The translations under genes were made by a program, and so were the position numbers. DNA of 64,000 nucleotides from Clostridiales bacterium UBA7285. GTDB taxonomy: Bacteria > Bacillota > Clostridia > Peptostreptococcales > Anaerovoracaceae. The stretch lies in NCBI GenBank assembly GCA_002472145.1, contig DKRJ01000026.1:1021-65020 (forward strand), read 5' to 3'. Within the stretch, counting starts at the first letter, position 1. Every line of letters starts with the position of its first letter. The notes below the pieces were generated by a model. That model saw nothing but the letters and a program-made list of their open reading frames with translations, was not told where the DNA came from and ran no database searches. Positions 10,281-18,550 of this stretch are shown here, piece after piece.

Positions 10281-10316
10281 CAGAGCGGCTATATCGCCGC
10301 TCTGTTATTGATTTTT
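10281..10316 (+). terminator. Rho-independent terminator after the DUF4236 gene
   Basis: Perfect 9-bp stem CAGAGCGGC/GCCGCTCTG, 6-nt loop, then TTATTGATTTTT. Confidence 0.8.
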
Positions 10317-10704
10317 CGCGATGTTTTCAATAAAATATTACCAGACGATACATCCCTTTCAGGCGCAGAGGGGGCGCAATCAGATATGTCAGACTTAAAA
10401 TACCGTCAAACAGGATCCGCCGCGCAAAGCGGGGAGTAATATCATGGGGACGGCCATTTTCGCCTCTTCTGGCTGATCGTAACCAATGCGAATCTGTACA
10501 GGCTGACAGCCGCATCATGGTACAGTCTGCTTCCGCCAATAATGGTCGCTGTTATGCTGATAGTCGCGATAGTCTATGGCAGCATGGCAGAGAAAGGTAC
10601 AGACAGGCCTCAGGCAGCGTACGCGGGAGCGGCTGCCTGAGGCGGCCGGCGCTTTCTGCAACATCTATTCACTTATCTCCCGCGCAGACTTTTCATCGTT
10701 TAAC

Positions 10705-11205
10705 ATGGAGACAGCCAATCTCCTTATCGCTGTGTCGTTTCTGATCACCGCGCTGGCGTATATACTGCTGTGCGCAGGATATATATACGTCGGCAGAATA
10801 AACGGCAAGGCCGCGGCGGGTCTTTTCCTGGCCGCCGCATGGCTGTACTCTTTCCGGAGTTTTCCGAGCGGCCTGGCTTTCGGCATGGCCAGAGACATAC
10901 AGCCGGGATACGAGATCATCACGCCTCTGTCCAACGGCCTGCTTGAGTTCCTTTCGTCGCTGCCGGGGTCTGTACCGGTCATCTGCGTATCGATCGCAAT
11001 GCGCAGATACTGCAGGCAGTACATCACAGCGGAAAGATCCTGGGAGGGACGTGCCTCCGGCGCGGACTCTTACGCGGGCATCAGCCCCGTCACTGCGCCG
11101 GGAATGACGGCGGAAAACGAAAACGCGTCATCTCAGATGCCGCGGATCGACCAGCCTTTCGAAGTCGGGAAGAAAAAGGATCAGAATAAGTATTTCGAAC
11201 AGTGA
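10705..11205 (+). CDS. hypothetical membrane protein
   Basis: ATG at 10705 begins the hydrophobic part (METANLLIAVSFLITALAYILL...). 3-4 TM followed by a polar tail. The upstream part of the 10576 ORF translates a hairpin region and is unlikely to be coding. Confidence 0.5.
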   Translation: METANLLIAVSFLITALAYILLCAGYIYVGRINGKAAAGLFLAAAWLYSFRSFPSGLAFGMARDIQPGYEIITPLSNGLLEFLSSLPGSVPVICVSIAMRRYCRQYITAERSWEGRASGADSYAGISPVTAPGMTAENENASSQMPRIDQPFEVGKKKDQNKYFEQ

Positions 11206-11211
11206 TATGCA

Positions 11212-12978
11212 GTGATATCCCGGTCGGCCGCCGGAACGCCGCCGGAACGGGAACGAGACAGGTCATCTGATATGGACAGCAGCAATTTCGGAGAGTATTC
11301 ATACGGAAGGGAAAGCAGGTTCAAAGGCGGCATAGCGGCGGCATGGATATGCACGGCGCTTTTTGCGCTGCAGATCTTCTTTATGTTTTCCACGTCACGG
11401 ATGTACGAACCGGTGCACGTGATCCGCGCCTGCGTACAGTTCGCAGCGGTGATATTCACGTTCAGATGTGGTTTTCAGCCACGCAAGTCGATGATGAACA
11501 GGAACCCGGCTGTGATCATGGTCATCGCGTTCGCCGCGGAGACGATCCTTGCGGCAATGGGGATGCATCAAAACATCGAAGCTATAAAGGCCATCACGGT
11601 CGACCGGTCAAACCTGAACTTTGAATCGTTTGTTATTCTGACGGATCTGATCCTTCTGTATTTCCCTTTGATCTCAGCCGTTTCGCTCATTTTGTTCGCC
11701 GCGGGACGGTACAGCGCGTCGAGGATATTCGCCTGCGTCTCGGTCGGTCTCGCTGCGCTTAAGACGGCGATCCAGACAGATCAGATCATCGAATACTTCA
11801 GGAGCGTGGGAGTGCCGGATACGATGGGCTATGTCGCATACAGCACGCTTATTACAGGGATCTTCTTCCTGTCAATGCTGATTGAAACGATTACTTTTAT
11901 CGTCTACTTAAGCAGATATCCGCTGTCACTGCATCCGGGATACGCTAAACAGGGCTTTGCCAGACCTTACGAACAGACGAGGAACAGATATTCCGGAACG
12001 TCCTCGGCCAGCCCTGCGATAACAGCTCCCGCCGCAGCAGCACGGGACCGCCATATCATAAGGGCAGCAGTGATCTGCCTCGCCGCTGTCGCGCTCATCT
12101 CCGTGACCTTAGCCGTTTACTACAGATCTCATTTTGGAGTGTACGAACTGAGCGAATACGACAGGATTCGTAAAGAAGCCTTCACCGCCGACGTCCCGGA
12201 GGACCCGGTACCTCTGGCAGATGGATCGGAGAGCACTATAAAGATGCCTGGCAGGGACGTGACAATAAAGGTCGAAGGCGTGGGAAAAGGGATCGACGGA
12301 CGTACGTATTTAGTCGCGGAGGTATCCAACCGGACACACTCTACTGTCGGCATGACGTTCAAAAGTCAGGGAGGGATCGGCGGAAGATCCGTACCTCTCG
12401 ATTACATGACGTTCATTTCCGAGCCGGGCGAAACAGTCCGCATCAAGATCGCTTTTGACGAACTGGCGATGCGCGAGAACAGGATCAGGAAGATCCACGA
12501 GATAAATTTCTATCTGGGCTATTACGTCGGCAAAGATCTGCATACGTACATAAGCAATCCCGCCACGATAACGCTGACCTTCGATCAGGAGGCGGAGTAC
12601 GGCGAACACACGAAGGATTACGAGAACGTCTCCGACGACTATGTGGAAGTGTACTTTCAGGGTGTTTTGGCTGACCCTGATTATAACAACAGGGTAAACC
12701 TGGTTTTCTACATCGAGAACAACTCCGGCAGATCCATCTATACCGAAGAAGTCAAATGCGAGCCGGAGGATATGAACGGGGCTTCGTATTCGGATGCGAT
12801 CAGCCTGGAATCGGGCACTTCGGGAGTTTTTTCGATCCACTATTATCTGGATCTGAACGAAGAACTCCCGGACGTCATCTCGGTCACCTTACCGTACGGA
12901 TGGTACGATTCGTCGATCGAAAAGCACGAGAAGAGCGTTACGCTGCAGATAGACACGTCTCACGAATTTAAGGACTGA
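11212..12978 (+). CDS. hypothetical polytopic membrane protein with two C-terminal extracytoplasmic beta-rich modules
   Basis: About 6 N-terminal TM, a low-complexity linker, one further TM (AAVICLAAVALISVTLAVYY), then two ~110-aa modules of similar pattern. Start is GTG at 11212 or ATG at 11272. Confidence 0.6.
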   Translation: MISRSAAGTPPERERDRSSDMDSSNFGEYSYGRESRFKGGIAAAWICTALFALQIFFMFSTSRMYEPVHVIRACVQFAAVIFTFRCGFQPRKSMMNRNPAVIMVIAFAAETILAAMGMHQNIEAIKAITVDRSNLNFESFVILTDLILLYFPLISAVSLILFAAGRYSASRIFACVSVGLAALKTAIQTDQIIEYFRSVGVPDTMGYVAYSTLITGIFFLSMLIETITFIVYLSRYPLSLHPGYAKQGFARPYEQTRNRYSGTSSASPAITAPAAAARDRHIIRAAVICLAAVALISVTLAVYYRSHFGVYELSEYDRIRKEAFTADVPEDPVPLADGSESTIKMPGRDVTIKVEGVGKGIDGRTYLVAEVSNRTHSTVGMTFKSQGGIGGRSVPLDYMTFISEPGETVRIKIAFDELAMRENRIRKIHEINFYLGYYVGKDLHTYISNPATITLTFDQEAEYGEHTKDYENVSDDYVEVYFQGVLADPDYNNRVNLVFYIENNSGRSIYTEEVKCEPEDMNGASYSDAISLESGTSGVFSIHYYLDLNEELPDVISVTLPYGWYDSSIEKHEKSVTLQIDTSHEFKD

Positions 12979-13043
12979 ACCTGAGGCGTTAAAGACTGAG
13001 CCTGAGGCGCTGCTGATTTTTTTGATATGGAGATAATTGCCGT

Positions 13044-13763
13044 ATGAGTTCAGAGCAATATTCCAGAACTGAAATGCTCACGGGACACGAGGCCACGGAA
13101 ACACTCGCGCGAAGCGGCGTGCTGATCTTCGGAGTAGGCGGAGTGGGCTGCGGAGTCGTCGAAGGACTCGCGAGAGCGGGGATCGGGCGGTTCGAACTCG
13201 TGGACAGCGACATTTTCGAGGAGACAAACCTGAACAGGCAGCTTTTCGCGTCGTACGACACGCTCGGAAGATATAAGGTCGACGTCGCCGCGGAGCGGAT
13301 CAAGTCTCTGAACGACAGAGCAGAGGTCACGGTGAGAAAGCTTTTCATAACCGCCGATAACGCCGAGACGTTCGACTTCGGGAGTTTTGACTACGTGATA
13401 GACGCAGTTGACACTGCTGCGGCTAAAGTATGGATCGTCACCGAGGCGATCAAAGCAGGCGTTCCCGTCATCAGCAGTATGGGATGCGGGAACAGGTTCG
13501 ATCCGACGAAACTCGAGATAACCGATCTGTTCAAGACATACGGGGATCCGCTCGCGAAGATGATGCGGCAGGAGATGAAAAAGCGCGGGATCAGGCACCT
13601 GAAGGTCTTGTTTTCCTGTGAGCCGCCCGCCGTACCGCGCAGATCTGATGATCGTCCCGCCGGCAGGCACGCACCCGGAAGCACTCCGTTCGTCCCGACG
13701 GCCGCCGGTCTGGCTATCGCATCGGAGGCTGTCCGCGATCTCATCGCCGGGGAAAAGTTTTGA
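13044..13763 (+). CDS. tcdA: tRNA threonylcarbamoyladenosine dehydratase (ThiF/E1-like, TcdA)
   Basis: Rossmann motif VLIFGVGGVGCGVVEGLARAGIGRFELVDSD. About 240 aa, typical of TcdA/CsdL. Confidence 0.85.
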   Translation: MSSEQYSRTEMLTGHEATETLARSGVLIFGVGGVGCGVVEGLARAGIGRFELVDSDIFEETNLNRQLFASYDTLGRYKVDVAAERIKSLNDRAEVTVRKLFITADNAETFDFGSFDYVIDAVDTAAAKVWIVTEAIKAGVPVISSMGCGNRFDPTKLEITDLFKTYGDPLAKMMRQEMKKRGIRHLKVLFSCEPPAVPRRSDDRPAGRHAPGSTPFVPTAAGLAIASEAVRDLIAGEKF

Positions 13764-13790
13764 TCCTGAGAGATCATCAGGAGGGGATCA

Positions 13791-14855
13791 TTGAACGACC
13801 GCAGTTCCGAAGCAAATAGCAAGACGCTCGCCATAGCAGAAAAACGCAGAAAACAGAAGCGCCGCAATGTCATCATCATGTCCGTCATGGCCGGCACAGC
13901 GTATTTTCTGCGCTTTAAAGGTGTTTTATTCGGCGGCGTGATGTCCACGGATCTCATGGATATCCTCGGCTATCTGCGTCCCTCGCTATACGTCGCGATC
14001 TATTTATACTGGCGGACCACGATCAAAAGAAGGATAGTGCAGGATCAGGTCCGCGTCTGCCTGGAATCGATCGCTTATCTCTTCATCATCCGGTTCATCT
14101 TTCGTACGATCAAATTCAACATCCAGCCTTATCCGTCCGGATGGACAGGATGGCCGCAGATCCCTGTCCCGGAAGAGAATTACGCGATCTCGACACGGAT
14201 ACTCTGGTATCTGTATTACGTCCCAATCCTGATGATCCCCGCCATCGAGACAGACATCGCCATTTCCGTGGGGCGCCCGGGGAACTGGCATTTTCCGAAA
14301 TGGACGATGGCCATGCCGATCGTCTCTTTCACATTGCTTGTTCTCGTTATGGCAAACGATTCGCACCATCTCATGTTCATTCCTTCCGTGCCAGGCGACT
14401 ACTGGACTGATTCGGACGGCTACGGGTACGGCCCGCTCATGCTGCCTGTCGCAGCCTGGGTAGTGATACTCAACGTGGCAACTCTGTTCATCTTAGCCGC
14501 CAGATGCAGGCTGCCGCAGAAAAATATCAAGATAATCCTTCCTGCGGCTCTCGACGCACTCATCCTGATTTATTCCGGTCTGTACTTCTATGGCATTGAC
14601 TGGGTCAAGGACGCTTTCGGCGACTATACGGCCTTCTACTGCTTCCTGACCGCGCTTATGCTGGAAAGCTGCATACTCAGGCGCTACGTTATGGGAATGA
14701 CGTACGACGAGATAGCCGAGGAATTAAAAATCACGCCGAGCGGCGTGAGATGGAATCTGGATCAGATAGTTGAAAAGTGCGGATTTGCGAACAAAAACGA
14801 ACTGCTCACCGCGGCGATAGAGAGCAAACTAATCGTGACCACGCTGAAAGATTGA
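13791..14855 (+). CDS. polytopic membrane protein with C-terminal LuxR/GerE-type HTH (membrane-tethered one-component regulator)
   Basis: TTG start 4 nt after AGGAGGGG. About 7 hydrophobic segments. C-terminus MTYDEIAEELKITPSGVRWNLDQIVEKCGFANKNELLTAAIE fits the GerE/LuxR HTH pattern. Confidence 0.7.
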   Translation: MNDRSSEANSKTLAIAEKRRKQKRRNVIIMSVMAGTAYFLRFKGVLFGGVMSTDLMDILGYLRPSLYVAIYLYWRTTIKRRIVQDQVRVCLESIAYLFIIRFIFRTIKFNIQPYPSGWTGWPQIPVPEENYAISTRILWYLYYVPILMIPAIETDIAISVGRPGNWHFPKWTMAMPIVSFTLLVLVMANDSHHLMFIPSVPGDYWTDSDGYGYGPLMLPVAAWVVILNVATLFILAARCRLPQKNIKIILPAALDALILIYSGLYFYGIDWVKDAFGDYTAFYCFLTALMLESCILRRYVMGMTYDEIAEELKITPSGVRWNLDQIVEKCGFANKNELLTAAIESKLIVTTLKD

Positions 14856-14880
14856 GCACGGCCTTGAACACTGCTGTCGA

Positions 14881-15274
14881 TCATAGGCTGTCGATCAGCG
14901 CGGCCAGATATCTTCCGGTGACCGAGCCAAAGATGAAGGAATCGATTTTTCCTTCTTTTTTGGCTTTTTTTTACGCTGTCAGCCAGATGGGAGTCCGCTT
15001 TATCGTTTACGAGGGCAATTATTTTGCAGGAAGGGGATTCTGCCTTTATTGTTTTTGTCAACTTCAGCCTGCTGACAAGAGCCCACGGCTCCAACGGAGT
15101 GACTTCCAGAAGAAGTGCGTCGGGGCGGAGGATCCTGCAGCGCGCCGCGGTGCTCTCCGGAGTTCCGGAGATAATGACCTGGCAATCGGAAAGTTCCTGA
15201 ACCAGAACTCTTCTGATGGCGTCGGCATAAAGACCGCTCTGCATGTCCAGCACTATCTTTTTCAACTTTCTCAC
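14881..15274 (-). pseudogene. stand-alone degenerate receiver (REC-like) domain protein, reading frame broken at an A8 homopolymer
   Basis: As sequenced, the ORF (14762..15274) becomes nonsense-like after ..ADSVKK and runs antisense into the LuxR gene. Removing one A from the A8 run (T8 on +, 14965-14972) gives ..ADSVKKAKKEGKIDSFIFGSVTGRYLAALIDSL-stop at 14881. That is a ~130-aa REC-sized product ending 26 nt after the convergent gene. Confidence 0.55.
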
Positions 15275-15317
15275 CGCTCTTTCAATCTATACTATAATTG
15301 GATGATAAAAGTAAATC

Positions 15318-15358
15318 AAAAAAATCACTATCAGAAGTGATAGTGATTTTTATTTTTT
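15318..15358 (-). terminator. Rho-independent (bidirectional-looking) terminator after the TPM gene
   Basis: ATCACTATC/GATAGTGAT 9-bp stem flanked by an A7 run upstream and T-runs downstream. Confidence 0.7.
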
Positions 15359-15430
15359 GATATTTTTTTGCGGGGGAAATCATCCACAGATATATCCCGG
15401 ACCACATCCCGGGACGTGCGGACGTAAGGA

Positions 15431-16690
15431 TCAGAAGCCGTGGCCGCCGCCACCGCCTCCGCCGCCTCCTCCGCCGCCACCGCCGGAGAAACCGCCGCCA
15501 CCGCCGCCGCTGCTGCTGTCGCTGGAGTTTAAGTGCCTCGTGTGGGAGATCAGAGCACCCTGGACGACTTTCGAACGAGGCGATCTGCCTGACAACAAAG
15601 GCTGGTCCTTAGGCGAAGGCTTGAACTTGCGGCGCTGTCTGATCAGTCTGATGAAATTGATGAGGACACCTAAAGTGAGAGCCATCAGGGCGCTCGTTAT
15701 ATACCGCATATGCTGCGAGATCCTTCCGCCCTGAAGCAGGGTGTACTCCTGGGCAAAGGCTTCGGAAGCACATTCGTAATACTTTTCGGCGGAGGCGAGT
15801 TTATAGACGTTGTCCGTGATCGAATTTGCGTACGATTTCGTTACGACACTGTAGACGTAGCCCCGGCTGAAAATGTAGATGTTGCGGTTCGCCATGTCGA
15901 TGACGAAGACGGTACCGCTTTCCGACCCGAATCTTTCCGCATACTGCTCTTTCGCGAATTCGGAAGTTTCCTGTCCCCACGCTCTGGCGCTCACGAACAT
16001 GACGTTTCCGTATTCCGTGACAGGCTTCATATCATCAAGGAGTTTCGATCTCTCGGCTTCCGTCATCAGCCCTTCGCCGTCAGTGATGACCGCCTCGTAC
16101 CCCGTGTCGGAGTTGGAATAAGTCAGATCGCCTGCCGTGGTATTTCCCGAGGTCCCGCCCGCAGACGAGAGGAGCGAGTAGACCTGACTGAAGACATTGT
16201 TCGCGAATTCGTAATATGAGCCTTCGGAGGCCAGTGCAATATTTTCGTCCAGGATGGACTGGGCTTCGTCGTCTGTCAGCGTTTCATAAATACTTCCTTC
16301 GGAATACAGGTACGTCGTACTATTGCCCAGGTCGAGTACCAGCACTACGCCGCCTTCGACTCCGAACTCATCCTCCAGACCGGAAATAGCCATCTGCGCG
16401 GTATCTCCGTCTTGCGCGGAGGATGCCAGGAAGAGAGCGTTCCCGTATTCGGTCACGTTCTTCATCTCCAGGACCAGCAGCGACTCGTCATTTATATCCA
16501 GGACGTCGTCGTCATCTCTGATCACTGCTCTGTATCCGGTCACGACGTTCGTATATTCGCTGACTTCGGAACTCTCTTCCGCGCGAACGGGCTTGATGAC
16601 GGAAACCGACGCAAAGGCCAGAATGAAGGCAAATGCGGTCAGCACAGCGGAGAAATGACGTAATATCCTTTTCATATCAGTCTTCTGCAT
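15431..16690 (-). CDS. tandem TPM-domain membrane protein with Gly-rich C-terminal tail (YgcG/COG1512-like)
   Basis: Signal or anchor sequence, two repeats with the TPM pattern (..ERFGSESGTVFVIDMANRNIYIFSRG.., ..DEFGVEGGVVLVLDLGNSTTYLYSEG..), one TM, tail GGGGGGFSG(14xG)HGF. AGGAGGG RBS before 16690. Confidence 0.8.
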   Translation of the reverse strand: MQKTDMKRILRHFSAVLTAFAFILAFASVSVIKPVRAEESSEVSEYTNVVTGYRAVIRDDDDVLDINDESLLVLEMKNVTEYGNALFLASSAQDGDTAQMAISGLEDEFGVEGGVVLVLDLGNSTTYLYSEGSIYETLTDDEAQSILDENIALASEGSYYEFANNVFSQVYSLLSSAGGTSGNTTAGDLTYSNSDTGYEAVITDGEGLMTEAERSKLLDDMKPVTEYGNVMFVSARAWGQETSEFAKEQYAERFGSESGTVFVIDMANRNIYIFSRGYVYSVVTKSYANSITDNVYKLASAEKYYECASEAFAQEYTLLQGGRISQHMRYITSALMALTLGVLINFIRLIRQRRKFKPSPKDQPLLSGRSPRSKVVQGALISHTRHLNSSDSSSGGGGGGFSGGGGGGGGGGGGGGHGF

Positions 16691-18317
16691 CGTTTTTCCC
16701 TCCTTCCCTGTTGAAGAAATTCGGAAGAGGGCGGGTGACGAGTATATTGTAGCAGTGGATCAGCGCGACCGAGAGCACTACGGTCGACGCCAGACACGCT
16801 ATGGACGCCGCGTAGAAATAATAGTCCTTGACCGTCTGGGAAAGGGCGACGAACAAAGCGAACCAGACCGAAACAAACGGGAGCAGGATCACCATGCCCT
16901 GGCCTTTCTCTTTGATATACCTGACCTTCCCGATGCAGCGTATTAACACCACGACAGCTATCACGGACGAAACGAAGACCACGAACAGCAGTCCCTCGTA
17001 GCGAGTCGAGGAGCCGGTGTTTTCCGGAATGAAGTCCGTCAATACGGAGACCAGACTTCCCACCAGCATCATCACTATATAGACTCCGAACGACACCATG
17101 AACCCGGGGAAAGGTTTCGCGCTCATCTTTTTACGAGCCCTGCTCCTGCTCGCCGCGCTGCGGATCTGTTCGATCTTCTCAGCCGGCATCATGATCTTCT
17201 CGGCTCCGTTATACGCCGGGTCGTAGACGTGGTTCTCGCGGTCGCGCAGCTGGGTCATCTCGGATGAGAAGAGAAGCATCACGATCAAAGTCATGATCAC
17301 CGAAAAGCCCAGCGCGGTCGGAGCGGTCACAGAGACCAGAAACGCGAGCACCGCGAACAGCACCGCTGCCGTTATCAGCGAGGATATGAAATACTTGCGT
17401 GTGTCGACCGGCAGATCGGCCATCATCTCTCCGGTAGTTCCGTTCATGATGGAGTACGCGACGCGGTTTTTCTTCCTCCACGTGAGGAACCATACAGGCA
17501 GCAGTTTCTCTTCGCATTTCCTGATGCTGATCGAAGTTTTCTCTTTGATGTTTATGTCGTCTCCGCCTTTCGTCACGCCCGCTTTGGAGATGTCCTCCTT
17601 GAGCGCGCCGAAGGCTTTGTCCATTACGGTCTCGTCGTAGAGATGAGGGTCGACGTTCGGACGGTCGGCGTAGAAGCCGGCCAGATAGCCGGTGCGGAAA
17701 TCCGTGGTCTTTGTTTCAACGAAAGGCGCTATCTTGTCAGCGATGGAATCATCGAATGCGCCTGAGGCGTCGACGTTCACCTGAAGCGGGTCATCAGGGG
17801 GAACAAAAAGCCCCTCGTAGACGTAGGTGTCCGTATAATCTCCGTGAGTGGACGATTCGGTGATCTCGACAGGGAAACCGCCTCTGACTTCTACGTCGTA
17901 TTTCCAGTACGGGATGTATATGCCTCGGAACTGCTCCAGGTATTCGGGGCTCTTGAACTCCTTAGGCAGATACGAAAGGCCCTTGAGCGCCTGTTCATAT
18001 TTGGTCTGGCACTTTTTCTTGGAGATCGTGAACGGAAGGATCTCGGCAGGCCTCAGGGCTTTGCCCATGCGCCCCTCGAGCACCTGCTCGGACCCGCAGT
18101 AAGGGCAGTAGCTGACGATGGAGTCATCGGGGCTCTCCAATTCCGCGCCGCAGTTGCTGCACGTGTAGACGGTGACTTCGTAGTCTTTCTGCTCTTCCGC
18201 GTCGTTTTTTTCGCCGTAGTCCTCCGGAGCGATCTCGCTGCCGCAGTGCCGGCATTTGAGTTTGGCGCTCGGTATGTTGTAATACATACTTCCGCCGCAG
18301 TTAGGACATTTGAACAT
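16677..18317 (-). CDS. double zinc-ribbon protein with a C-terminal polytopic membrane region (uncharacterised family)
   Basis: CPNCGG..CRHCGS and CSNCGA..CPYCGS ribbons, a central soluble region (IPYWKYD.., LPVWFLTWRKKNRVAYSIMNGTTGEMMADLP), then about 5 TM. 14-nt overlap with the TPM gene. Confidence 0.7.
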   Translation of the reverse strand: MFKCPNCGGSMYYNIPSAKLKCRHCGSEIAPEDYGEKNDAEEQKDYEVTVYTCSNCGAELESPDDSIVSYCPYCGSEQVLEGRMGKALRPAEILPFTISKKKCQTKYEQALKGLSYLPKEFKSPEYLEQFRGIYIPYWKYDVEVRGGFPVEITESSTHGDYTDTYVYEGLFVPPDDPLQVNVDASGAFDDSIADKIAPFVETKTTDFRTGYLAGFYADRPNVDPHLYDETVMDKAFGALKEDISKAGVTKGGDDINIKEKTSISIRKCEEKLLPVWFLTWRKKNRVAYSIMNGTTGEMMADLPVDTRKYFISSLITAAVLFAVLAFLVSVTAPTALGFSVIMTLIVMLLFSSEMTQLRDRENHVYDPAYNGAEKIMMPAEKIEQIRSAASRSRARKKMSAKPFPGFMVSFGVYIVMMLVGSLVSVLTDFIPENTGSSTRYEGLLFVVFVSSVIAVVVLIRCIGKVRYIKEKGQGMVILLPFVSVWFALFVALSQTVKDYYFYAASIACLASTVVLSVALIHCYNILVTRPLPNFFNREGGKNDAED

Positions 18318-18550
18318 ATCTTTTCCTGTTGAACTTTCTGCTTCGCGCTGGACGTTTTAAGTTTTACGCACATTTTTTCTTATTGTATCACCTGTGGCCC
18401 GGATGACAAATACTCTTTCGGGTAATAAGCACGTAATAAGTATGTATCAGTTCCGCGTAAAAAGTACGTATCATTTCAGAGCGGCTCAGACTATAATGTT
18501 AATTAAGGTCTATCATTTATTTTTTGCTTAATATCATCCGGAGGCTGGCC

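Noticed and set aside
10327-10539. 70-aa minus-strand ORF in the long intergenic region
   Set aside because: No RBS, odd composition, and no similarity to anything I recognise. It is probably chance.
12973-13009. Direct repeat GACTGA(A/G)CCTGAGGCG x2 after the 588-aa membrane protein gene
   Set aside because: It is a short two-copy direct repeat, not inverted, followed by a T8 run. It may just be part of a weak terminator region, and there is not enough signal to call a feature.
14762-14880. 3' extension of the receiver-like ORF overlapping the LuxR-HTH gene antisense
   Set aside because: The sequence after the A8 tract is nonsense-like. The -1 corrected frame gives a REC-like ending and a stop in the spacer, so I treat the extension as a frameshift artefact.
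15357-15734. + strand ORF encoding a poly-Pro run (PPPPPPPPPPPP)
   Set aside because: It is the reverse-complement reading of the poly-Gly tail of the TPM protein and begins inside a terminator.
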